A stretch of DNA of 63,950 nt, filler included, from an uncultured Acidimicrobiia bacterium (GTDB lineage: Bacteria; Actinomycetota; Acidimicrobiia; Spongiisociales; JAOTWH01), in the NCBI GenBank assembly GCA_964347285.1. It is 5 parts of 5 records of this genome, joined end to end, with 100 filler letters (N's around TTAATTAATTAA, not from the genome) between each part and the next. Parts side by side here need not be neighbours in the genome. Positions count along the whole stretch, not along the records: positions 14,147 to 27,882 come from CAYFYE010000066.1; positions 27,983 to 41,716 come from CAYFYE010000067.1; 3 more parts are not named here. One strand, given 5' to 3'. A program made the position numbers and the translations under genes. Positions 20,292-30,338 of the stretch are shown one piece after another. The first letter of the stretch is position 1. Each line of letters begins with the position of its first letter. The notes beneath the pieces are model-generated. The model was not told the DNA's origin. It saw only the letters and a program-made list of their open reading frames with translations, and searched no databases.

Positions 20292-21545
20292 CTAGGGAGC
20301 CTGCCAGAGCAACCGACTGTCAGCCGCCTCACGCCGCACGACCGGTAGGGCTCTCGTTCGGTACCGGATCAGGGCAGAACTCACCACCAGCAAACTCAAG
20401 AACAACCAGGTTGCCTTCCGGTGCTCCCAGGTGAGCGTGGAAGCGCCGACCGCCCAGACCAAGAGCGTCGTGAGCCAGAAGGCTCTGTCCCACCCCACTT
20501 GACCCCATGCCTGCACAGCGGCGATCGCGAGGATGAGGCCGAAGAGAACAAACCCGATGATTCCTCCTTCGACCAGGACGGAGAGGAACGAGTTATGGGC
20601 CACTTTGCCGTCGCTGTTCCCGGATCGATACGCATTGCTACCTATACCGAAAAACGGGTGCTGTGAAAACGTGTCGATGCCCTCGACCCAGTTGCTGGTG
20701 CGCTGGTTGAGATCGCCCTGGGTGATTTCGGTCACGGTGGTACCCAGTCGCTGAAAGGACGGGAGCGTCTGGAAGTAGGGGTAGGTGACAAACAAGGCTG
20801 TCGTGAAGAGCCCAAGAACGGCGACCCGCACGACGGGTCGAACACGAGCAAGTGAAGCGACTCCAAAAACCATCCCCGGTATCGCCGCCACCAGGGCGGC
20901 CCGGGTGCCGGACAGAGCAATGCCCAGGAACGCTGTCGGGATGAACCCGTAATTCACGAACTTGAGCAGACCCTCCATTCGACCGGTCCTCTTCAAACCG
21001 GCGAGATACCAAGCCACGGGTATGCCCAAAGCGACGATGATGCCGAACCCGTCCGGATTGGCGTCGCCACCGGAACTGAAGCGCTGGTAGGGCGCATAGA
21101 AAGCATTGCCGCTGAGATAGTTTCCGAACGCAATGCCCACCGCCACATATGCTCCCAGCACATACGCCTGAAGCGCCGACCAAAGGGCCGTCCGTGTGTC
21201 GTAGAGATCCCAGAAGATCAACACCATCCCCAGCAACTGCATCCACGTGATCAGGCGATTGGTAGTCGACGCGGGTTCTATGCTCCAGAACACGCTGAGG
21301 ATGTTCCACAGGACAAAGAGGTAGATAACAACGTGAAAGACTTCGGGCCGGCGGAACCGGCCCGTGGCTACCACCGATATCAGCCAGAACACCCCCACTG
21401 CGAGCCCCAAAGCTTTGGTCCCGTTTCCGACACCGGAAACCTGCACCACGCCCTCCCACGGAATCATGAAGATCAAGACCAGGGATAGCGCGTAGGCGAC
21501 GGTTCGCGAGGTGAACGCTCCATGGGTCGGGGCTCGGTCGATCAT
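20292..21545 (-). CDS. O-antigen ligase/Wzy-like membrane protein
   Basis: About 12 TMs; NPDGFG, LSGTRA, R...W, P.FGIG, AHNSFLSVLVEGGIIG. Confidence 0.85.
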   Translation of the reverse strand: MIDRAPTHGAFTSRTVAYALSLVLIFMIPWEGVVQVSGVGNGTKALGLAVGVFWLISVVATGRFRRPEVFHVVIYLFVLWNILSVFWSIEPASTTNRLITWMQLLGMVLIFWDLYDTRTALWSALQAYVLGAYVAVGIAFGNYLSGNAFYAPYQRFSSGGDANPDGFGIIVALGIPVAWYLAGLKRTGRMEGLLKFVNYGFIPTAFLGIALSGTRAALVAAIPGMVFGVASLARVRPVVRVAVLGLFTTALFVTYPYFQTLPSFQRLGTTVTEITQGDLNQRTSNWVEGIDTFSQHPFFGIGSNAYRSGNSDGKVAHNSFLSVLVEGGIIGFVLFGLILAIAAVQAWGQVGWDRAFWLTTLLVWAVGASTLTWEHRKATWLFLSLLVVSSALIRYRTRALPVVRREAADSRLLWQAP

Positions 21546-21935
21546 CAAACTCGTTCCCAGCGCTCGTCTGCCGGCCGGCGCGGCTTCGAGAGCCGGCCGA
21601 CACTTGCCCTACTCTTTATCGCAGGTGATCGAGCAGGTCCTCGCCACCTGAACACGCATCGTAGTCGGCCGGCCCACGACCTCCAATCGCTGCCGCCGGG
21701 CCGGGGAGGCATAGTCCTGCTTCGGCTCCGGAGAGTGGGCTTGGGCGCGCCGAAGCACCGGACGAGGGCTGCGGGGGCACGGCGATCCCGAGGATTCGCG
21801 GAGGCCTCCGTTCCGGAACGACCGAGTCCCGGCGACGGAGTGCCCGAGGCTCGCGAAACCGAGCCCCTCCTATACTGGCCGGAACGAAAAGCCTGCTTTG
21901 GGGTCGAAGCTCTTGAGGGGAGTACTGCAGGGCCT

Positions 21936-23249
21936 ATGGGACCCTATCTCACGAAACGCTATTCATCTTTCTTCAACCAGAAGGGCTGGAAGAAAGTCTC
22001 TTCGCTGATCGCGAACGGTCTGGCATTCCTCGAAAAGGCGTTCCGAAGTGGAAAGCTCGGCGAGCTCTCTTCATTCGCGATTTGGGAGTCACGCCATGTC
22101 TTGAAGTTGTTTCCCAAGGAGAGCTATCTGAGATTCAATGATCGAACCCCGCTGATCCTCAGCAGCGCCTCACCTACCGATTTCGAGTTCAGCGGCGACA
22201 TCGAGACGCATGCTCTCGAAGACGGGCTGCGAGCAACCAGATCATTGCACGACTGGAGGGTCCTGTTCGTGAACGACGAAGGAATTTCCTTCGGCTGCCT
22301 GTCTTCAGACGACACGAAGCTCTACAAGAGCGACGACGGGGAAAATACCTTGATCCCCATCGGTGAATTCCCGGCACGCATCCGTTCGATCTTCGTCTCG
22401 AGCACTAACACAGTCTTCGTGTGCCTGTCGGGATCCGTCCTCCGCAGTTCTGATGGCGGCGCCACCTTCGAGGAATGTCTGAGGCTTGCCTCTCCGGTCA
22501 GCATCTTCAGATTCAACAACGGCATGACCGAGACGTCGCAAGGGACCCTGATCATCGGCGAATACGGAAACGTCCCGGAGGGGCGAGGGTGGAGGTCGAT
22601 TGCCTACCTTTATTTCAGCGACGACGACGGGAGGACGTGGCATCGATCGGACTTCCTGATCCGCAACGGTGCCAACAAGCACGTCCACGTCGTGAGGTAT
22701 AGCAAGTCACTGGACAAGATCCTCGTTGCCGACGGTGACAACAAGAAGAGGTTGTGGATGGTAGAGGAGACCGACGGAGGACGCGCAGAACCCTCCACTG
22801 TGAAATGGAGACTCGTCACCAAGCGGCACATTCAGAAGGGCGGGTACACGGCCGTCACCGACAGCAACGGCAAAGTGTTCTTGGGAACGGACTACCTGGG
22901 AGGCACGAACTTCATCGTCGAGTCGACCGACGGCCACAGATTCACGGCCAAGGTGATGCCCGATCCCTATCGGCGTAATCCCGTCTACAACCTGATCGAG
23001 AGAAGATCTCGCCGGGGAAGCGAAATCTGGGCGATCTCCGACAGCTACATATCGAAACGCTGTCTGCTGATGTACAGCACCGATCACGGCACGTCTTGGA
23101 ACAAGTTCATCGAGTACGACTCCGCCACTCACGAATGCCTGTTGGCCAGTTCTTCGATTGAACCCTCAGATGTGCTGTATTTTCGATTCGCAACCAAAGC
23201 CAAAGACAACAAGGACTGCGTCGTCTTGCGAATCGAATCGGTCGATTGA
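21936..23249 (+). CDS. BNR/Asp-box beta-propeller (sialidase-like) protein
   Basis: Asp-boxes YKSDDG, RSSDGGATF, FSDDDGRTW, ESTDG, YSTDHGTSW; start uncertain. Confidence 0.7.
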   Translation: MGPYLTKRYSSFFNQKGWKKVSSLIANGLAFLEKAFRSGKLGELSSFAIWESRHVLKLFPKESYLRFNDRTPLILSSASPTDFEFSGDIETHALEDGLRATRSLHDWRVLFVNDEGISFGCLSSDDTKLYKSDDGENTLIPIGEFPARIRSIFVSSTNTVFVCLSGSVLRSSDGGATFEECLRLASPVSIFRFNNGMTETSQGTLIIGEYGNVPEGRGWRSIAYLYFSDDDGRTWHRSDFLIRNGANKHVHVVRYSKSLDKILVADGDNKKRLWMVEETDGGRAEPSTVKWRLVTKRHIQKGGYTAVTDSNGKVFLGTDYLGGTNFIVESTDGHRFTAKVMPDPYRRNPVYNLIERRSRRGSEIWAISDSYISKRCLLMYSTDHGTSWNKFIEYDSATHECLLASSSIEPSDVLYFRFATKAKDNKDCVVLRIESVD

Positions 23250-23309
23250 ACGCCGGGACGGAGCCGGGCTCCCAGAAAAGCCCGAGCGCCGGAGGGAGCA
23301 ACGCCCGCC

Positions 23310-24347
23310 TCAGGAGGCCGTCACCCGCACCGTCTGGACGGCGTTGTTGGCGTAGCCGTGCTTGTTCCAAACCGGCCGCTCCGGCTGGCGCGCTCCCGAC
23401 TCGTCGGTCGCCCGCGCCATGATCAGGTAGGCGCCGGGATCGGCCATGACCGTGAGGCGCCACGGAGTAGCACTGTATGCCGATGGGGAGCGACCGAGAT
23501 CGGAGTCGATCCACGTGGCACCGCCGTCGATGCTCACCTCGACCCGAACCACCCTGCCGGCCCCCGACCAGGCCGTGCCCGCGATCTCGATAGGACCGGC
23601 CGACAGCACCTCGCCGTCCATTGGCTGGGCGATCACCGACCTCACGCGAATGAGTGTCACCGGAGTTCCGTCGGAGATCCCCCGTTCGCCGACATAGACG
23701 TAGCGCTCTCGCTGGTAGTACCCATCGAACGAATCGGCGAGCACCACGATCCGGGTCAGCCACTTCACCGACGCCATCCCATACCAGCCGGGGACGACCA
23801 GACGGAGCGGCGCTCCGTGGTTCCGAGTCAGCAGAGCCCCGCCCATCTGCCAGGCGAGGAGGGTGTCGGGATGGCGAGCCACTGCCCCAGGAAGGCTGCG
23901 TCGATATGCCTCCTCTCGTCCGGGCTCGACCTCTCCCCGATCTGCCCCCTCGAACAAGACTTCGACGGTTTCCGGAACGGGCCGGGCCCACTGCAGCACC
24001 TCGGTCAACGACACGCCGGTGAAAGAAACCGAGCTCACCGCGCCCAGTGTCCAGGGGGTGCCCGGAGGGCGAGGATCCATCGCCATCCGACCGTTCCCGG
24101 CACATTCCATCGCCACCACCAGCGAGCGCTGCTCCAAGGTATGGAGGTCGGCGAGCGTCAGCTCGAGGGGGTTCTCCACGGCCCCCTCCACGGACAGGCG
24201 CCAGGACTCGCCCTCTATCTGCGGAGCGCCGTAGTGGTTGCGCACGTACACCAGCGACGTCGGGGTCTCGGCGGCCCGGAGCGCCGCCAGCGGGGTCTCG
24301 GCGTTGTAGGGATCGCTCTCGATCGGAACCAGGGCCCGGCGCTCCAC
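23310..24347 (-). CDS. Sulfite oxidase family molybdoenzyme
   Basis: YVRNHY, MECAGNGR (Mo-ligating Cys), HGAPLRLVVPGWYGMASVKW, RVEVSIDGG.TW, WNKHGYANN; GGGAGG RBS before GTG. Confidence 0.9.
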   Translation of the reverse strand: MERRALVPIESDPYNAETPLAALRAAETPTSLVYVRNHYGAPQIEGESWRLSVEGAVENPLELTLADLHTLEQRSLVVAMECAGNGRMAMDPRPPGTPWTLGAVSSVSFTGVSLTEVLQWARPVPETVEVLFEGADRGEVEPGREEAYRRSLPGAVARHPDTLLAWQMGGALLTRNHGAPLRLVVPGWYGMASVKWLTRIVVLADSFDGYYQRERYVYVGERGISDGTPVTLIRVRSVIAQPMDGEVLSAGPIEIAGTAWSGAGRVVRVEVSIDGGATWIDSDLGRSPSAYSATPWRLTVMADPGAYLIMARATDESGARQPERPVWNKHGYANNAVQTVRVTAS

Positions 24348-24399
24348 GGCTACCTCCCTCCCGACCGGCGAAGCCGGCAAGCACCGGGTAGTGGCCCGT

Positions 24400-25077
24400 T
24401 CAGCAGACGGTGCCCGGTTCGCAGAACAAACCCTCGGAGGCGGCGCCGAATCGCTCGAGCAGCCAGTTCGACAGAGCCGGCAGCAACACCTCGGCGGCGA
24501 CGAAGCCTCTGGTGACAACCGCCCATTCGTTGCCCATACGCAGCAGCAGAGAAGGAAAGCCGGCCACGCCCAGGGAGCGGGCCTCGGAGAAGTCCTGCCA
24601 GGCCCGCCGCTTCATCTCCTCAGAGCCGAGCAGTTCCAGGAACTTGTCGGGATCCACATCGAAGCCCCCGACCAGGCCCGGGTACTCGGTCGGGTCGGTG
24701 ATGTCTATGCCTTCTGCATAGAAGGCACGCTGGAGACGGGAGTGGAAGCGCAGGGTCTGATCCGGATTCAGCTCCCGCATCGCCACTACGGCGACGGCCG
24801 GTAACTCGGTGTCGTAGCGCCATCCGTGGCGCCGCTTCAAGAACGCATGGTCGAACGGCTGGCCGGAAGCCGCTTCCACCTGATGCCAGTGGTGGGCCAA
24901 GAAGCGCTCCATTCGATCGTCGAGCGGCTCGGCGTCGGGCCCGGGACGAAGGCCGCCCACCACGACCCTCATCGGCACGTCGTAAACCTCAGCCATGCGC
25001 TCCAAGACCGGAGCAAAGCCCCAGCACCACGAGCACATGGGGTCGCCGACGTAGACGAATTCGAGTTCCGGATCCAT
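24400..25077 (-). CDS. DsbA-family (FrnE-like) thioredoxin-fold protein
   Basis: YVGDPMCSWCWGF CxxC, GVAGFPSL cis-Pro loop. Confidence 0.88.
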   Translation of the reverse strand: MDPELEFVYVGDPMCSWCWGFAPVLERMAEVYDVPMRVVVGGLRPGPDAEPLDDRMERFLAHHWHQVEAASGQPFDHAFLKRRHGWRYDTELPAVAVVAMRELNPDQTLRFHSRLQRAFYAEGIDITDPTEYPGLVGGFDVDPDKFLELLGSEEMKRRAWQDFSEARSLGVAGFPSLLLRMGNEWAVVTRGFVAAEVLLPALSNWLLERFGAASEGLFCEPGTVC

Positions 25078-25251
25078 GTCCACCCTCAAGGCGCGCCCGG
25101 GGCTCGGCATTCCCGAACCGAGGAACATGCCGCCTTCCTCCCCCGCACGGCTACTCCGAATCGCGGTGTGAATGGGTGGGCAGCTTCCGCTAAGCGGCGG
25201 CCGGGCCGTCGACCATCATGATCGGTCGGCTGGATTCGGTCCGGTCGGGAG

Positions 25252-27420
25252 CTATCCCTCCACCATCCGGACCTGCCGGGTGACGGCGTGCAGATGGCGG
25301 ACGAAGTCGAGCAAGTAGTCCATCGGCTCTCGACCGGGGCGAGCACGATCTGTGCTTCGAGCAAGGTGATAGAAGGGGTTCATCACGGTGGCACGAAGCA
25401 CGAACAGCCCGGCGGCCTCGAAGGCCGTCGAGGAGATGCCCAGCTCTTCGAGCAGCTTGGCCACCGTCTCCGGCGAGTACTCGGGAAAGCCGAGCCGGGT
25501 CCGGGACACGAAGTAGGGCTGGGCGTACGGGAAATCGATCCCGCGCCGGGTGTGCGGAATCGTCAGCTGCTCGTACACCGCCTCATTGAGCCGGTTCAAG
25601 GCTCCCAGCTCACCCGTCGCCGCGACCAGCCGGCCGCCCTCTTCGATCCGCGGCACTGCCAGGAAGCAGACGAGGTTCGTGTCGGGCTTGAACAGGGTTC
25701 GAAAGGCGAAGGGTGACCGGCACGGCTCAAAAGGCTCACCCTTCTCGCCGGATCGCTGCCGCAACTCTTCCTCGAAGACCCAATAGAGATGATCGGCGTG
25801 AAGCTCGAGATACCGGGTCAAGCGCTGGGCACTCAACAGGGTAGCTTTCATGATCTGGCCGTGGCCCCTCGCTTCCAGCGGGATCGTGGTGTGGGCCAGC
25901 CAGCAGGCTGTTGCCGCCGCCCCGGGCTTCGAGCCCTCGATGATGAATGGCCCCACCGCGTCGATCGGCTCGGGCTCCTCCAGCGCCGAGACCCCGGTGG
26001 GCTCCTCGGCGATGCACTGGGCCCGCTGGGTGATCAGTTCGGTGACGAGCCCACTCCGAAAGGCCACCAGGCCCGCCGGATAGGGGACGTAGCCCATCTT
26101 GTGGGGGTCGACGGTGACCGAGTCGGCCTCGCCCAGCGCCAGAAAGGCCCGGTATACCTCGGGATCGTCCCAGGCCAAGTCCTCCTCGATGGGAGCGTCG
26201 CCATCAACGCGAGCCGGCAGTCGGAGCGGTTCCCGAGCATCGATGGCGGCGGTGTACGAACCCACCGGGTCAACGGCGTCGATATCGTCGCCATGACCCC
26301 GAAACAGGCTGGCGATGTAGCCGCCCCAAGCAGCATCGGCGTGGATCCAAAACGAGCGGCGCCGCTCTTCCTCCAGGCGCCGGCGCAGAGCGGTGATCTC
26401 ATGCATGGGATCGACCGAACCCATCTCGGTGGTGCCCACGATCCCGATCACGGCGGCTATGTACTCGTCTTCGCCGAGATCCCACAGGCGCTCCCCCAGT
26501 TCGGCGGCATCGAGGCGGTAATCGTCGGTGACCCCGACCAGCTGCACCGATTTCTGGCCGTAGCCCAAGACATTGGCGGACTTGGGGATCGAGTAGTGCG
26601 CCGCCGCCGAGGTGAACAGGCGAGGCTGGAGTCCCAGCGCGGCAGTCACAGCGTGGACACCGACTCGGCCCGGGTTGAAGTCGCTGGACTGCAGCGATTC
26701 ATTGACCCGATCGCAGGCGTACTCCGGAGTATCGCCCTGATGTCGGACGAGATGCCGGACGAGCCGCCGAGGCATCGTGACCGCTGTCCCTGGGGGCAGT
26801 GCCACCAGCCGGGCCGGGGTCAGTTCTCGAATGTCCTTGCCGTCGTCCGTGGCCGGAAAAGAAAGGTCGGAGGTTCGGCAGAAATCCTGGACCATCAGCG
26901 GTACGAACTGAGCGAGACGGGCTACCCACAGAGCCTCGATGTTGGCCATCGTCCCCCCCGAAGTGAGGTGGGCCCAGGCCCGCCCCTCGTCATAGCCGAT
27001 CATTGCGGCTATCTGGCGCCCCACCTCCAGCTCCAGTCGCACGGTCACCGGGGCAGCTTCGTCGGTAACGTTGTTGGGGTTGTAGAGCATGCCCGCCAGG
27101 TAGCCGAGGACGGCCGGCAGGGACTGCTCCGAAAGCATGTGGGCGATGTAGCGGGGCGAGTAGAAGGGGAAATGCGCCTTCAGCTCGTTGAGGACGGCGT
27201 CCAGCTGCTCTCCCATGGCGTCCCAGAACTCTTCGTGCTCTCGCTGCTTGCTGCGGCTGATGACCACCGGGTCATGGGGGAAGTAGTTGCGACGCCAATG
27301 GAAGTAATCCTCGATGATGTACCGGAAGAACTCGCCCCACACCCGGCCGTGCTCGGCCTTCGGTCCCAGGAACCACGCGTCGGGCAGTCCGCTGCCCTGG
27401 TGGTCTCCGCTCGAGGTCAC
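25252..27420 (-). CDS. Group II PLP-dependent decarboxylase (large, TyrDC-like)
   Basis: FLGPKAE, SPRYIAHM, YNPNN, TSGGTMAN, HYS, HADAAWGGY, VDPHKMGY (PLP Lys), EGSKPGA; TAGCAT 6 nt before GTG. Confidence 0.88.
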   Translation of the reverse strand: MTSSGDHQGSGLPDAWFLGPKAEHGRVWGEFFRYIIEDYFHWRRNYFPHDPVVISRSKQREHEEFWDAMGEQLDAVLNELKAHFPFYSPRYIAHMLSEQSLPAVLGYLAGMLYNPNNVTDEAAPVTVRLELEVGRQIAAMIGYDEGRAWAHLTSGGTMANIEALWVARLAQFVPLMVQDFCRTSDLSFPATDDGKDIRELTPARLVALPPGTAVTMPRRLVRHLVRHQGDTPEYACDRVNESLQSSDFNPGRVGVHAVTAALGLQPRLFTSAAAHYSIPKSANVLGYGQKSVQLVGVTDDYRLDAAELGERLWDLGEDEYIAAVIGIVGTTEMGSVDPMHEITALRRRLEEERRRSFWIHADAAWGGYIASLFRGHGDDIDAVDPVGSYTAAIDAREPLRLPARVDGDAPIEEDLAWDDPEVYRAFLALGEADSVTVDPHKMGYVPYPAGLVAFRSGLVTELITQRAQCIAEEPTGVSALEEPEPIDAVGPFIIEGSKPGAAATACWLAHTTIPLEARGHGQIMKATLLSAQRLTRYLELHADHLYWVFEEELRQRSGEKGEPFEPCRSPFAFRTLFKPDTNLVCFLAVPRIEEGGRLVAATGELGALNRLNEAVYEQLTIPHTRRGIDFPYAQPYFVSRTRLGFPEYSPETVAKLLEELGISSTAFEAAGLFVLRATVMNPFYHLARSTDRARPGREPMDYLLDFVRHLHAVTRQVRMVEG

Positions 27421-27520
27421 ACGTCGATGCTACCGGTGACCACAGCGGGTTGACGATCGGCTCGGGCGCGCCGCCGGCGCACCCGAGTCGAATGTGGCGA
27501 GGCGCCGGAATCGGCCTCCG

Positions 27521-27882
27521 TTAGGAGTGCTCGGCCGGCGCCCTCCGATGAGTTGCCGCAAGCAGCAGGAACCCGACGGCGAGTAGCGCCGCTCCCAGCG
27601 ACGCCGCATCCGTCGTGGGGAGCCCGGTGACGGGGAGGGTCTCCATCGTCGGAGCCGCGGCCGCATACATGACCTCGGGCCCGCTCACCGAGGCGCCCCC
27701 GTCGCCGGGTCTCGAGCCGCTATCACCGCTCGACTGCCCCACGGTCGTCGTCGTCTCGGGCACGGTGGTGGTCGTCTCGGGCACGGTCGTGGTCGTCTCG
27801 GGCACGGTCGTGGTCGTCTCGGGGACGGTGGTGGTGGTGGTGGTGGTGGTGGTCGTCTCGGGGACGGTGGTGGTGGTGGTCG
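27521..27882 (-). CDS. Thr-rich surface protein C-terminus with LPVTG sorting signal (5' truncated)
   Basis: (VPETTTT)n, then LPVTG, hydrophobic helix and HRR tail. Confidence 0.75.
27740..27882 (-). repeat. 21-nt coding tandem repeat and (ACC)n runs encoding VPETTTT
   Basis: GTCGTCTCGGGCACGGT(C/G)GTG units on the + strand; contig breaks inside the repeat. Confidence 0.9.
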
Positions 27883-27982
27883 NNNNNNNNNNNNNNNNNN
27901 NNNNNNNNNNNNNNNNNNNNNNNNNNTTAATTAATTAANNNNNNNNNNNNNNNNNNNNNNNNNNNNNNNNNNNNNNNNNNNN
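27883..27982. other. Artificial contig linker
   Basis: N44-TTAATTAATTAA-N44. Confidence 0.98.
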
Positions 27983-28595
27983 CGATGCCCAGCTCCTCCT
28001 TGATGTCGAGGATGAACCGGGCCATGTCCTCGGTCTCCTCGACGTTCATGCCGGCGGCCGGTTCGTCGAGGAGGAGCAGGCGGGGATCCATGGCCAGGGC
28101 CCGGCCCAGCTCGACCCGCTTCTGCACCCCGTAGGGCAGCAACAGCACCGGAGAGCGCCGGTGCTGCTCGATCTCGAGAAACTCGATGATCTCCTCGGCC
28201 CGGCGCCGGTGCTCGATCTCTTCGCGCCGGGCCCGCCCCACGTACACCATCGACGACACGGTGCCGTAGCCCATGTGGAGGTGGCGGCCCATCAGGATGT
28301 TGTCCAGCACGGTGAGATGTTCGAAGAGCTCGATGTTCTGGAAGGTCCGGGCCACCCCCAGGGCGGCGATGCGGTGCGGCTTGCGGCCCACGATCTCCTC
28401 GCCATCGAAGCGGATCGAGCCCTGCTGGGGCCGGTAGACGCCGTTGAGGCAGTTGAAGATCGAGGTCTTACCGGCGCCGTTGGGCCCGATGATGGCGAAC
28501 AGCTGGCCGTCCTCCACGTTGAACGAGACTCCGTCGATGGCCTTGACGCCGGCAAAGGCCAGGTGGACCTCGGCGAACTCGAGCAGGGCGGTCAC
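27983..28595 (-). CDS. LivG-like ABC transporter ATPase (3' truncated)
   Basis: GPNGAGKT, ARTFQN, LPYGVQKRVELGRALA, LLLDEPAAG. Confidence 0.92.
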
Positions 28596-28656
28596 GGCCC
28601 GATCCCCGGCCGGGCCGGTCGTCCAGTCCAGGGCGGGGTCCTTTTCGCCGGCCCGG

Positions 28657-29442
28657 TCACGACAGCCACCGCTTCTTGCGCTTGTAGTGCTTCACGTCCC
28701 GGAACGACTTGCGCTCCCCGCCCCCCCGCAGGCCCAGGTAGAACTCCTGCACGTCCTCGTTCTCCATGAGCTCGCCGGCCGGGTTGTCCATGACGATCTT
28801 GCCGGTCTCCATGACGAAGCCGTGCTGGGCGATCGACAGCGCCATCGTGGCGTTCTGCTCCACCAACAGCACCCCGGTGCCCTGGCGGTTGATCTCGACG
28901 ATCAGGTCCCGAATCTGCTGAACCAGCAGCGGCGCCAGCCCCAGGCTGGGCTCGTCGAGGAGCAGATAGCGGGGGTTGGACATCAGGCCCCGGCCCATGG
29001 CCAGCATCTGCTGCTCCCCGCCCGACAGATAGCCGGCCACCGCCTTGCTGCGGTCCTTGAGGACCGGGAACAGCCCGTACACCCGGTCGAGGTTCTCGTC
29101 GATCGTGCTGCGAGAGGTGTGGGCGCCCACCCGGAGGTTCTCCTCGACGGTGAACTCGGCGAAGATACGGCGGCCTTCGAGCACCTGGGTCACTCCCCGC
29201 TCGACGATCTGTGAGGCGGTGGAGTGGTGGATGGGGGCGCCGTCCAGCTCGATCTCGCCCTTGGTGATGTCTCCGTTGTGGACGTCGAGGAGGCCGGAGA
29301 TGGCCCGCAGGACGGTGGTCTTGCCGGCTCCGTTGGCGCCGAGGAGGGCCACGATCTGGCCGTCGGGGACCTCGAAAGAAACCCCCCGCAGCACCAGGAT
29401 GACGTCGTGGTAAACGACTTCGAGGTTCTTGACCGCTAGCAC
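28657..29442 (-). CDS. LivF-like ABC transporter ATPase
   Basis: GANGAGKTT, LSGGEQQML, LLDEPSLGLAP, VEQNA. Confidence 0.93.
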   Translation of the reverse strand: MLAVKNLEVVYHDVILVLRGVSFEVPDGQIVALLGANGAGKTTVLRAISGLLDVHNGDITKGEIELDGAPIHHSTASQIVERGVTQVLEGRRIFAEFTVEENLRVGAHTSRSTIDENLDRVYGLFPVLKDRSKAVAGYLSGGEQQMLAMGRGLMSNPRYLLLDEPSLGLAPLLVQQIRDLIVEINRQGTGVLLVEQNATMALSIAQHGFVMETGKIVMDNPAGELMENEDVQEFYLGLRGGGERKSFRDVKHYKRKKRWLS

Positions 29443-29490
29443 CTAGGGATCCTTGGGGCGTCAAAGTTACCAGCGCCTAGCCTTCGCCGC

Positions 29491-30078
29491 GTGGGGCGCT
29501 ACCAACCTGATCTGACGGCTCTTTCCCGGGATCCGCGTCGCTATTTCGAGGACGAGGATCCGGTGATACGGCGCCTGGCGGTGTCGGCGGCGGCGCCCCA
29601 TCTCGGCGATCCGCAGGTCGTGGACGCTCTGGTCGCAGGGTTGGCTTCGGACGAAGACGATCAGGTGCGATCGGCCGCCGCCGAGGTGCTGGCCCAGGCC
29701 GAAGCCGACGTCGGTCCGGCGCTGCTGGCGGCCACTTCCGACCCCTCAGAGGTGGTGGTGGAGGCGGTGGCCTTTGCTCTGGGTGAACAGGAGGTCGGCG
29801 AGGCGGTCCCCTGGCTCCTCGAGGTGGCCGCCGACCATGCCGATCGGGCCGCCCGGGAAGCGGCGGTGGCCGCCCTGGGCGCCATCGGCGATCGGCGGGC
29901 CCTGCCCCTGCTGGCCGAGCTGGCCGCCTCGGGGCCTCCCCAACTGCGACGCCGCAGCGTTGTCGCCCTCAGTGCCTTCGACGACCCCGAGGCGGTCCCC
30001 GCCATCCGATCGGCCCTCGAAGACCGCAACCCCATGGTCCGGGAGGCGGCCGAGATGGTGCTGGGGAAGGAGGGGTAG
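29491..30078 (+). CDS. HEAT-repeat protein
   Basis: Repeated VR.AAA.ALG helical units; TAGCCT 7 nt before GTG. Confidence 0.8.
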   Translation: MGRYQPDLTALSRDPRRYFEDEDPVIRRLAVSAAAPHLGDPQVVDALVAGLASDEDDQVRSAAAEVLAQAEADVGPALLAATSDPSEVVVEAVAFALGEQEVGEAVPWLLEVAADHADRAAREAAVAALGAIGDRRALPLLAELAASGPPQLRRRSVVALSAFDDPEAVPAIRSALEDRNPMVREAAEMVLGKEG

Positions 30079-30086
30079 ATCCTCGG

Positions 30087-30330
30087 TCTCCTGCCCGGAG
30101 GGAGAGGTGGCCCGAAGGGCCGGAGGGGCGCGTTTCCTCCCCGGAGAGGCAGGTGCCTCGAAGGGGCGGACGGGCGCGTTTCCTCCCCCGGAGGGGGAGG
30201 TGCCTCGAAGGGGCGGAGGGGACGGGCTCGGCCTGCGGTACCTTCCCCCCGGAACCCCCCTACCCCAGCCTTCGCTGCGCTCAGGCTGCGGTACCTTCCC
30301 CCCAGCGCTCGCTTCGCTCGCTGGGGGAAC
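30087..30330. repeat. REP/MITE-like palindromic repeat cluster between convergent genes
   Basis: Three tandem units of about 46 nt (30087, 30133, 30179) with CCTCCCC-CGGA-GGGGAGG hairpins, then a C-rich oppositely oriented element. Confidence 0.75.
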
Positions 30331-30338
30331 CAACACCC

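Noticed and set aside
27740..27882. Possible CRISPR or non-coding tandem repeat
   Set aside because: In-frame coding repeat (VPETTTT) of a surface protein.
30087..30330. Possible CRISPR array
   Set aside because: Units are contiguous and degenerate with no unique spacers, no leader and no cas genes.
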